This document shows positions 9,681-17,284 of a stretch of 55,589 bases of DNA, one piece after another. This stretch comes from an uncultured Candidatus Saccharibacteria bacterium (GTDB lineage: Bacteria; Patescibacteriota; Minisyncoccia; Phycocordibacterales; Phycocordibacteraceae), in NCBI GenBank assembly GCA_964646315.1, contig CAZYDN010000001.1, positions 4,650-60,238 on the forward strand. Reading direction: 5' to 3'. Position 1 is the stretch's first letter, and every line of letters starts with the position of its first letter. A program made the position numbers and the translations under genes. The notes under the pieces were generated by a model. The model was not told the DNA's origin. It searched no databases and saw nothing but the letters and a program-made list of their open reading frames with translations.

Positions 9681-10144
9681 GTACGACCCTACGGAATTAA
9701 AAGTAAGTCTCCGCGCAAGCGGGGACTTACTAATTCGATAAACCCAAGCGGATACGCGAAGACGATTTCGCCTCCCGTCACTAAGTTCGAGGACTCACTA
9801 AGTGCGCCAGGCCGGACTCGCCGACAAGCACTCGCTGCGCTCGTCTTGTATACCGACTCCGTCTTTCGAATCCTCTATAGCCCTACAAAATTATTAAAAC
9901 CCCAATGCTCGCGCATCGGGGTTTTAATTTTGTGGACCCTAGCGGATGTTCGCTTCGCTCTCGCATCGGTCACGTATGACTAAGTATCTTGCTCCAGGCA
10001 TTCGCAACATACTAAGACACGCGACCCCGACTCGGCCACCGGGAGTACCCGGGCTTCGCGGCCTCCGTCTTTCGAATCCGCTAGGCTCCTACAAAAATAT
10101 AAGCGCCCGAAGCTTTCGCTCCGGGCTTCTTATTTTTGTGGACC
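9681..10144. repeat. two tandem ~200-250-bp homologous units bounded by tRNA-Ala 3'-end-like sequences, plus the start of a third
   Basis: GTGGACCCTAGCGGAT (9932-9947) is identical to 13801-13816, the 3' end of tRNA-Ala. The inverted copy TTCGAATCCGCTAGGCTCC (10071-10089) matches the tRNA 3' strand 18/19. More degenerate versions lie at 9681-9697 and 9865-9883. Each unit ends in a plus-strand hairpin plus T-run (9896-9925, 10101-10130). Confidence 0.7.
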
Positions 10145-10467
10145 GGCTCATGCACACGTTCGAGCTCCCTTGTATCCAGACCTCAAGAACCTACTGTCTT
10201 CAATAGCAGGCAAAGACATAAACACGGATGATACTGAACAACTGGCAGCATAGAGTTTTCTTCCGCATACTGCGGAACATATGCAAAAAGATAAATGCGC
10301 TTGCCCACCTGGAGCCCACCTCGTTTACAAATACATGCCAAACGCAACTGATGCAGAACGAGTTGAAGCGAGACGACGACTATACGAGTTCGTACGGGTA
10401 ATGTTACGTATTGCCGTGCGACTTGAGCTTGAGAAGCGGGAAATGACTAAGGTAAGAATCAATTAGC

Positions 10468-10881
10468 CTATTCCAGACCGCATACTCTACGGAGCTCCGC
10501 ATCTCGCTCAGCTATTTCGACTCGTTTGGTATCCAATGTAGCCTTGGCCTTATCATATTCTGCTTGAGCTGCTTCAAGAGCTACATCAGGAACAATTTCA
10601 GGTTCGGGTTCTCCACGAAGCACACGGAGTTCCTTCTCAAGAGCGAGTAGCTCTGGGTGGTTTCGACTCTTGAGCTGCGCCGAACGAAGTTTGGCTTCAG
10701 CGAGTTCTAGATGAACCTCCAGCTGAGCTTCCTCACGACGAAGCGGAAGAATTTCATCCGCACGGCGAGCCTGGTACGTATGTTCGCGCGTCAGAAGTTC
10801 GCTCTGTTGAACCAGATTGCGGTGAACGGTTTCAGCGTCTCTGGTTTCCTTGGTTCGCGGGACTCGCTCGAAGAATTTCAC
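10468..10881 (-). CDS. hypothetical coiled-coil protein
   Basis: 137-aa ORF with a charged heptad-like composition. It has a GTG start and no clear RBS. Confidence 0.4.
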   Translation of the reverse strand: MKFFERVPRTKETRDAETVHRNLVQQSELLTREHTYQARRADEILPLRREEAQLEVHLELAEAKLRSAQLKSRNHPELLALEKELRVLRGEPEPEIVPDVALEAAQAEYDKAKATLDTKRVEIAERDAELRRVCGLE

Positions 10882-11026
10882 TCATATAGTGTACCATCCA
10901 AGCACATAGTCCTATTGAGTGCGTGCGGAGTGCTCAGTAGTCTGAAAGGTGTCGAATAAATAGTCAGCGGCGACACAAAGGCCGCCTTAGCGTATTCGAA
11001 CGATGTGATTAAGAAATCTGCGCATT

Positions 11027-11329
11027 GTGGTAATATTCGCGCATTGTTCATTGGCCCGCCAACCGAAGTCGATGGTGGTTGGCGTGCTGGAGGACAGCGA
11101 AATGGATGAGTTTGAGCAACCCAAGTTCAAGGGTGAGGCGCTATTAGTGTCACGCAGCGAGAACATCGCGCGTGCGCTCGAGGTGGCCTTCAAGAGCTTT
11201 CTACTTTCGGGCGGTGATCCAGTCGGATCTATTGAATTGATTGTGGTGGTAACCGACGGGTTAGGTTCGTCTGGGTCCGGGTCAGCCGGAGAGATTGCTC
11301 TTCATCGGTATCTGGTAGGGGCTAAATAA
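11027..11329 (+). CDS. hypothetical protein
   Basis: ORF followed by a plus-strand terminator. The start is uncertain. Confidence 0.3.
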   Translation: MVIFAHCSLARQPKSMVVGVLEDSEMDEFEQPKFKGEALLVSRSENIARALEVAFKSFLLSGGDPVGSIELIVVVTDGLGSSGSGSAGEIALHRYLVGAK

Positions 11330-11347
11330 TTCAGCTTCCTATCAAAT

Positions 11348-11371
11348 AGGCCTCCGGAAACCCGGGGGCCT
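11348..11371 (+). terminator. rho-independent terminator
   Basis: AGGCCTCCGG-AAAC-CCGGGGGCCT followed by TTTGTTTTT. Confidence 0.6.
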
Positions 11372-11479
11372 TTGTTTTTAGACAATCTGCCACCCTGTAG
11401 ACGGCATCTCTTGATCGTGAAGAGACTATATAAATAGTCAGCGGCGACACAAAGGCCGCCGTGACATATTCGAATTTCA

Positions 11480-11716
11480 GTGTGTGGACCAGCTGGCACT
11501 GAGGTTCGAACAGATCAGGACAAGCTCAGAGAAATGATGGAAGAGATTGGGTGCAAAGTTACGGAGAACCCTCTCCTTCTCAATCTTAACTTCTCTTACA
11601 CACCCCTTACGTTCCCCAAGTCCCCTGAGAATCCAGGTCATGCCGCAATACGACGCATGAACTGGGAGCGGAGGGTGAAGAGGTTGAAGAAGGATTGGTA
11701 TGGGGAGCGCACATGA
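11480..11716 (+). CDS. hypothetical protein
   Basis: 78-aa ORF. Its last ~19 codons are duplicated at 12421-12486. The start is uncertain. Confidence 0.3.
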   Translation: MCGPAGTEVRTDQDKLREMMEEIGCKVTENPLLLNLNFSYTPLTFPKSPENPGHAAIRRMNWERRVKRLKKDWYGERT

Positions 11717-11732
11717 AAGACTTTAGATATAT

Positions 11733-12422
11733 CTAGCGACTTACGTGGTATTTCTCCTCGTACTCTTGAATGATTTTTGTAAGCTTGGACGTATGCATGT
11801 AACACTCAGAAAGAAACAACGGCCTAAAGCCACTCGGCTTACATGCCGATTCATAGTCCCAACTCGCCAGACAAAACGCTCGTGAGAGATTTTCGATGCA
11901 GGAATTGTATCCGAGTTTCATTCGACGACAGTCTGCAGATTCCTGGTTCTGATTTGAGACTGCCACACACTTATCCCGCTCTGCTTGGGCGCTAGGCAGA
12001 TCAGTTAACGCCTTTTGGTATGCTGCAGTGGCTGTTGCTTTCTCTTCCCGCTCACGCGGCAGGTCATGGAGAATATATATCGGTATTGTGATAACAGCAC
12101 CAAGAATAGCCAGGGCGAGCAAAATCTTTGCAATCAGTGGGAAATTTTTCGAGAGCAGCGGCTCTCCAACAATTATGTACATTAGTATGCGGCGCGAGAC
12201 ATCAAGAAATATCAAGAGACCAAGGGCCGTCAGCGCAGAAAAGACGATTGCCTGACTTATCGAACTATATTCGTCCAAGAAGCTAACAGTAGCTGCCGTA
12301 ACAATCAGGACCCACGATACTGCGTATAAAACATACCCCAGCCGAGTAGTAATGTTGCCTACACGAGACCATAGGGCGGCATTTTGCGAGTGTTCTTTGT
12401 TCATACTAGAATTATACGCCAT
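11733..12422 (-). CDS. hypothetical membrane protein
   Basis: Start taken at MAYNSSMNKEH. Several TM helices and a Cys-rich C-terminal domain. Confidence 0.5.
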   Translation of the reverse strand: MAYNSSMNKEHSQNAALWSRVGNITTRLGYVLYAVSWVLIVTAATVSFLDEYSSISQAIVFSALTALGLLIFLDVSRRILMYIIVGEPLLSKNFPLIAKILLALAILGAVITIPIYILHDLPREREEKATATAAYQKALTDLPSAQAERDKCVAVSNQNQESADCRRMKLGYNSCIENLSRAFCLASWDYESACKPSGFRPLFLSECYMHTSKLTKIIQEYEEKYHVSR

Positions 12423-12508
12423 ACGTCGAATCAACTGGGAGCGGAGGGTGAAGAGGTCGAAGAAGGATTGGTATGGTATCCCATAACACCAACGTATAAT
12501 GTTCCTGC

Positions 12509-13735
12509 ATGAACAGCGAGCAATTGCTAGAAAAAATAACCTCCTTCTATCTCCAATCACGAGACTTTAATGGTATTCCGTTGCGCGATCTTGAAAACGA
12601 TGACTTGCCGGCTCTTCGAGAACTGGTTGAAGATCAATTGATAACAGTTGTATTCGGTGACACCGTCCCTAATCCGAGCATTAAATCCCTGCCGGATGAC
12701 CCTCTCGAAGTAGCTCTGGGCCGCCTCGAACGGTACGGTATCCAACAGGCTTGCGCTTATCCCACTGCTAAACACTTAGCCACAGTGGTGAAGCGGTCCG
12801 ATTATGACGGACAGCCCTACCATTTGGCCCTAGCCCTAGGTCGTGCGCAACTCGATCACAAAGCCTTTGACTTGCGAATTCTTGAATACTATCGAAACGA
12901 TCCGCGATATTCCTACGAATGCGATGATGTCTTTGGCCAAATACATGTTCACTCAGATGATAGTGACCTGCCAGAGCGCGACATAGTCTATTTGAGCTTT
13001 GGGTTTTCCTTCGACTCAAATGCAGAGCGATATGTGGCAGCATTCCCTTGGGACCTCTTCAAACTCAGCCCCAAGCAGCAACGACTGTGGCAAGTCCATG
13101 AAATCGATATTCCTACAAAACTTGATTCGGACTATATGATGTCCCAAATATATGGATACTTTCCGAAGAATATTTCTGTCTATCAAGCTTTCACAATGGA
13201 GCTAGCGACCATTAACGAAATGGCGCAAGCGATGGGGAGACCACATCTTTTCCGTAAGGATTTTCGAGAGAACAGGCCCAAAAACTTTGCTTCACTACTG
13301 CGCCCTACTGTTCGAGAATTCAATCAATTCGCACAAACGTTGGACGCGATGATTTCCGACAACATTAAGAAGGATTTTTTTCTATCAGACATTTCATCTG
13401 ATACCAAAATTCCTGTTGGAAGCGGAGAATTCAAAGTTGAGCCCAAAGGAACCCTTCTGATGCTTTCTGAGTGGTTAGCGCTTCGATTTCGTGCACCGGA
13501 CAGAAAACCTCTGCTCGATATGCTTGCGACATTCAAAGAAATTCGCGAGCTACGTAGTAAACCTGCGCATACACCAGTGAACGACGAGTTTTCTAAGGAG
13601 ATTGCAGCTCAGCAGCGCGATCTGATGTCTCGAGCTTATACAGGCATTAGAACTTTGAGACTTATGTTCGCGTGTCACCCCGCAGCTAATAAGGTGAAAG
13701 TTAATGAAGACCTGTACGAAGGTAACATTAGATAG
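12509..13735 (+). CDS. hypothetical protein (408 aa)
   Basis: Long clean ORF with no family I can name. Confidence 0.6.
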   Translation: MNSEQLLEKITSFYLQSRDFNGIPLRDLENDDLPALRELVEDQLITVVFGDTVPNPSIKSLPDDPLEVALGRLERYGIQQACAYPTAKHLATVVKRSDYDGQPYHLALALGRAQLDHKAFDLRILEYYRNDPRYSYECDDVFGQIHVHSDDSDLPERDIVYLSFGFSFDSNAERYVAAFPWDLFKLSPKQQRLWQVHEIDIPTKLDSDYMMSQIYGYFPKNISVYQAFTMELATINEMAQAMGRPHLFRKDFRENRPKNFASLLRPTVREFNQFAQTLDAMISDNIKKDFFLSDISSDTKIPVGSGEFKVEPKGTLLMLSEWLALRFRAPDRKPLLDMLATFKEIRELRSKPAHTPVNDEFSKEIAAQQRDLMSRAYTGIRTLRLMFACHPAANKVKVNEDLYEGNIR

Positions 13736-13801
13736 AAAGCGGACGAGTAAAGTCAAAGCGGCCCAAAGGCCGCCGTGACTATTCTCTAAAACGTGTTCGG
13801 G

Positions 13802-13874
13802 TGGACCCTAGCGGATTCGAACCGCTGACATCTTCATTGCAAATGAAGCGCTCTACCAACTGAGCTAAGGGCCC
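13802..13874 (-). tRNA. tRNA-Ala (anticodon UGC)
   Basis: Hand-folded cloverleaf: acceptor GGGCCCT/AGGGTCC with the G3:U70 Ala identity pair, D arm GCTC-AGTTGGTA-GAGC, anticodon arm CTTCA-TTTGCAA-TGAAG, T arm AGCGG-TTCGAAT-CCGCT, discriminator A. CCA is not fully encoded. Confidence 0.9.
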
Positions 13875-13902
13875 CTTAAGGACTAGAAGACTATACCACA
13901 GC

Positions 13903-14868
13903 CTATTTGTGGAGCGCTAGGTCTGCAAGGTGGGTGAAAAAGTCCGGCAAGGTTACGCCCACAGAAACCAGGGATTTGGGCAAAAGGGACTCCTGCGTGA
14001 GTCCGGGAAGCGTATTGGTTTCCAGGTAATAAATACCCTTTGGAGACACGATAAAGTCGGACCTGGAATAATGCCGTAAACCAAGAGCACCATGCATTAC
14101 GCGTGCCTGACGGATGAGCTCATCGGTCACAGAGCGCTGAAATCGGCCCGGTACAATCTCCCGGGAAGCTCCCGAGTACTTCGCATCATACGAGAAGAAG
14201 TCCTTCTCAGGAGGCAGAATTTCGACCGGTGGAAGGCCATAGAGCGCCTCTCCGCGCAGTCCCTCCACTACTCCTGCCGTGGCTTCGGTGCCCTTAATCA
14301 CCTCTTCTATGAGCACGCCCTCAGCGCCTTCTTCCATGAGTGCACGCACAGCAGCTTCAAGGGGAGCATACCCATGCACAATGGATACTCCAACCGAAGA
14401 ACCCCACTTCACCGGCTTCACAATAACGGGCTGGAGGAAGGTACGATTTACATCGCGTGCAATTGCCGCAATGTCTGAACCCTCTTCCACATATCGATAT
14501 TTGGGAGTGAGGAGTCCTGCCTCGCGTGCGCGCTCCTTGGAAAGCACCTTGTGCATAGCGAGATACGAACCAAAAGAGTCTGCGCCCGCATACGGCACGC
14601 CAAATCGCTCCAACAGTTTCTGTACTTCCCCGTCTTCTCCGTATTCTCCATGGAGTCCTAAAAGCACGACATCTACCCCACGCAACACACGGTCCGGTGT
14701 GGTGGGCATTCCTCGCTCATGCCAAAGGCCCTGCTTGTCTATGTAAATATCACGCGTGGTGAATCTGTCGGTGGGGAGATTAGACAGAATAGTATGACCC
14801 GACTTAAGCGAGACCTCATGCTCGCGAGAAGGACCACCACGGAGAACTGCAACAACGGTGCCACGCAT
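13903..14868 (-). CDS. ddl: D-alanine--D-alanine ligase
   Basis: 321 aa with ATP-grasp features: LHGEYGEDGEVQ, VKPVKWGSSVGVSIV, LETNTLPGLT. Confidence 0.9.
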   Translation of the reverse strand: MRGTVVAVLRGGPSREHEVSLKSGHTILSNLPTDRFTTRDIYIDKQGLWHERGMPTTPDRVLRGVDVVLLGLHGEYGEDGEVQKLLERFGVPYAGADSFGSYLAMHKVLSKERAREAGLLTPKYRYVEEGSDIAAIARDVNRTFLQPVIVKPVKWGSSVGVSIVHGYAPLEAAVRALMEEGAEGVLIEEVIKGTEATAGVVEGLRGEALYGLPPVEILPPEKDFFSYDAKYSGASREIVPGRFQRSVTDELIRQARVMHGALGLRHYSRSDFIVSPKGIYYLETNTLPGLTQESLLPKSLVSVGVTLPDFFTHLADLALHK

Positions 14869-14930
14869 AAAAAGAGTATACCAGCAGAATCTATGAAAGC
14901 GTTTGGTATATAAATTGGAAAGGCCCGGAG

Positions 14931-15334
14931 CAAATGAATTTGCCCCGGGCCCGTAGTTTTTTCTGTTCGTAAGAGTTCCGGATTAAAGATATCCGACGTA
15001 GGGGGAGTGTTCCCGGACTTGCCCAGCCCTTAAAGGGTGAGCTGTCCTTGTGTCTCATTCCCTACGCCTTACTACATTGAAGAATGTTCATGTGCACTCC
15101 CTAACTCGAGTTTCTTTTTTGGAATTTATCCTTGAGTTTCAAGGAAGAAAATTAATAGGCCTTGTTGCCCATTCTCATTCCATCCTTTCTGCTCAGAGCC
15201 TGAGCGTCAGAGGTTTATTACAACCCACGTATGGGAAGCTAACGCGCGAACGCGGACCCTCAAGGGCAGGTATCCCGCTACCGGCGCGAGCGGCCGAGAC
15301 AAGACAATCTGTCTTTCCCGACACCGATGAAAAA
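14931..15334 (-). ncRNA. candidate structured non-coding RNA of unknown class
   Basis: Minus-strand promoter TTGACA (15369-15364), 17-nt spacer, TATTTT (15346-15341). There is no credible ORF. Local hairpins include CGCG-UUCG-CGCG (15253-15264) and CCCA-UACG-UGGG (15234-15245). The terminal hairpin at 14931-14960 is followed by TTTCC. Confidence 0.4.
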
Positions 15335-15385
15335 TACCACCAGTACAAAAACTTGTCAATACCCACTTCGTGTGGCCTGGTAGAA

Positions 15386-16642
15386 CTAGCTTCCCGTGCG
15401 CATAGACCTAGAGCGCGCTTTGCGGTGAGTTGCGAGCGAGAATCTATGAGCTTCGCTATTGGCGAGCACTGCGTCTGCGTCTGTAATACCAGCCCGGAGA
15501 CTCCCTATCACCTCTCGTGGGCGATGCTTCTCGTCTTTCACTACTGCCACTACTGGAATGCCGAGACCCACCTCTTTAAGCACTTCCTCAGCTGCTTTCT
15601 TGTGAACTTTCCCACCGTCTACTACAAAAGCTCGCGGAAGCGGCCACTCATTGTGACCTAGTCTGCGCGTTAGAATTTCCTTGAGCGAAGCAATATCATT
15701 ATTGAGGGTGCGACCACTCTCCCCACGAATACGAAATGTTCTGTATTGTTTCTTATCAGGCATACTCTCTTCCACCACGACCATTACCCCTATCGCGTTC
15801 GTTCCTGAAATATGCGCGGTGTCGTATGCCTCTATGCGCGGCCCCACGTCTTTTCCTTCTCGGTCTTCCCGTATAAGGGACACATCCTGAATATGATCAA
15901 GCGCAAAGAGTTGGCGCTTTATTTGTGAAGCATCTTCAAACCGCTCTTCCTTTGCCGCTTCTTTCATATCGCGGGCTAGTGTGGCGCGTAGGGTCTTTAC
16001 TCTTCCCGAAAGAAAGAGCGAAACATTCCGAATGGAACGCAGGTAGTCGGAATTATCCATATCCCGAGGATAGAGACCTATTTGCCGATTAAACTCCACC
16101 TTGCCCTTGGTATGCCTATTTCCCTCTCCTACAGGCTTTGGCGTATCAAAGAAAGGAAAGATGCGTCGAATAAGTTTGAGACCCTCTCTGAGCTGATATC
16201 CCGAAGGGAACGGACCATGTATAGCCTTGAGTGAAATTCCTCCACTTACCTTGTGTGCAAAATCTATTTCGCCTCCACGAATGGCCAGCACACGAGGTAT
16301 TTCTTCGTTGGTAATGACCGCATACAAAAACGTTTTGTCGTCCTTGCCCATCGCGTTGGCTTTGGGCACATACTCCCGAATAAGCGCGGCTTCACGCACG
16401 AGTGCCTCAAGCACGGTGGGTGTGGTCTCATGACTGAGTCCATCAGCCTGCGTCACCATATCCACGATACGAGGCCCGCGAGTAGCAATGAGATCGTCAT
16501 CAAAATAAGAGCGCACACGGTCACGAAGCGATGTCGCCTTTCCTACATACAGCACAGTCTTGGACTTTCCCTTTCCTTTTGTAAACAAATACACGCCAGG
16601 GCAATCAGGAAGTTTGAATTTCTCTAAATCTACGCGCTCCAT
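15386..16642 (-). CDS. uvrC: excinuclease ABC subunit C, short form
   Basis: GIY-YIG N-terminus (GVYLF...VLYVGKATSLRDRV), a UVR domain (EERFEDASQIKRQL) and an RNase H-like endonuclease domain. At 418 aa it lacks the C-terminal (HhH)2 region. Confidence 0.85.
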   Translation of the reverse strand: MERVDLEKFKLPDCPGVYLFTKGKGKSKTVLYVGKATSLRDRVRSYFDDDLIATRGPRIVDMVTQADGLSHETTPTVLEALVREAALIREYVPKANAMGKDDKTFLYAVITNEEIPRVLAIRGGEIDFAHKVSGGISLKAIHGPFPSGYQLREGLKLIRRIFPFFDTPKPVGEGNRHTKGKVEFNRQIGLYPRDMDNSDYLRSIRNVSLFLSGRVKTLRATLARDMKEAAKEERFEDASQIKRQLFALDHIQDVSLIREDREGKDVGPRIEAYDTAHISGTNAIGVMVVVEESMPDKKQYRTFRIRGESGRTLNNDIASLKEILTRRLGHNEWPLPRAFVVDGGKVHKKAAEEVLKEVGLGIPVVAVVKDEKHRPREVIGSLRAGITDADAVLANSEAHRFSLATHRKARSRSMRTGS

Positions 16643-16719
16643 AATCGAATCCTACCCTGAGACAAGCCCACCCGTAAACCAAGTCCAGGTCCGTCGTAAA
16701 AGACGGACCTGGGGGTACT

Positions 16720-17217
16720 CTACGCGGCCACAAGCACCACACTCGAAGGCTTCACCGATCGCGCTTTGCAAACCCTCCACACATGAGTGGAGGGAGGCAT
16801 TCGCACTGCCAACATATCCCACTGTGCGTAGGAAAGTTCGAATCGCTCGGCCAGTTCTAGAAAGCGATAGTCGAGCGAAATGTCGTTGCACGGGTGCACT
16901 TGCCTGCGATACACGGCGAGCGTGAGTAAGTCGTCACAATCGCCAAACAGCGCAATAAGATTCAACGCTTCCTCGTAAACTGCGAGTCTGCGATGAAGTG
17001 ACGGGAACGTGGCAAAGTATGAGCCGTCTTCCCTTTTTCTACTCGTACCCATGAGTACGCCACAAATATATGGAATGGTGGGTTTCCATCGCACGAGCCT
17101 GTCGGGCTCGCGCCGTATGCCGTATAGGGTCGATTCTGCTGCGTAGATTCCGCCATCGCGATACCAGCGAGGAAGCGAAGTCGTCCACAGCCATGTAGTG
17201 CCATCTTTAATAGGCAT
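16720..17217 (-). CDS. hypothetical protein between uvrA and uvrC
   Basis: 165-aa ORF with an AAAGG-type RBS. It lies in a GC-richer patch. The hairpin CCAGGTCCGTC/GACGGACCTGG (16686-16713) follows the stop. Confidence 0.4.
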   Translation of the reverse strand: MPIKDGTTWLWTTSLPRWYRDGGIYAAESTLYGIRREPDRLVRWKPTIPYICGVLMGTSRKREDGSYFATFPSLHRRLAVYEEALNLIALFGDCDDLLTLAVYRRQVHPCNDISLDYRFLELAERFELSYAQWDMLAVRMPPSTHVWRVCKARSVKPSSVVLVAA

Positions 17218-17284
17218 TCGCTACCTTTCCGACGATATGAGGTACAGAAGCACTCTAAAGTTCTAGTGTAACACGCACAAATGA

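Noticed and set aside
9663-10206. 106-aa and 86-aa plus-strand ORFs
   Set aside because: They run through the tRNA-like repeat units and two terminator hairpins. Their composition is Arg/Ser/Pro-rich, typical of non-coding read-through.
14931-15334. The intergenic RNA candidate as tmRNA or RNase P RNA
   Set aside because: There is no tRNA-like 5'/3' acceptor pairing, no UUCGAC, no CCA-terminated T-arm and no plausible tag ORF. AAGUCCGGG (P4-like) lies only about 90 nt from the 3' end and has no CCCGGACUU partner downstream. I cannot run covariance models here, so the class remains open.
15050-15661. 203-aa plus-strand ORF
   Set aside because: It runs antisense across the end of uvrC and through the structured non-coding region. 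It has no RBS and a low-complexity, implausible sequence.
16560-16925. Plus- and minus-strand ORFs overlapping the uvrC start and the 165-aa ORF
   Set aside because: They have no RBS and overlap better-supported genes. They lie in a GC-rich patch that generates spurious ORFs.
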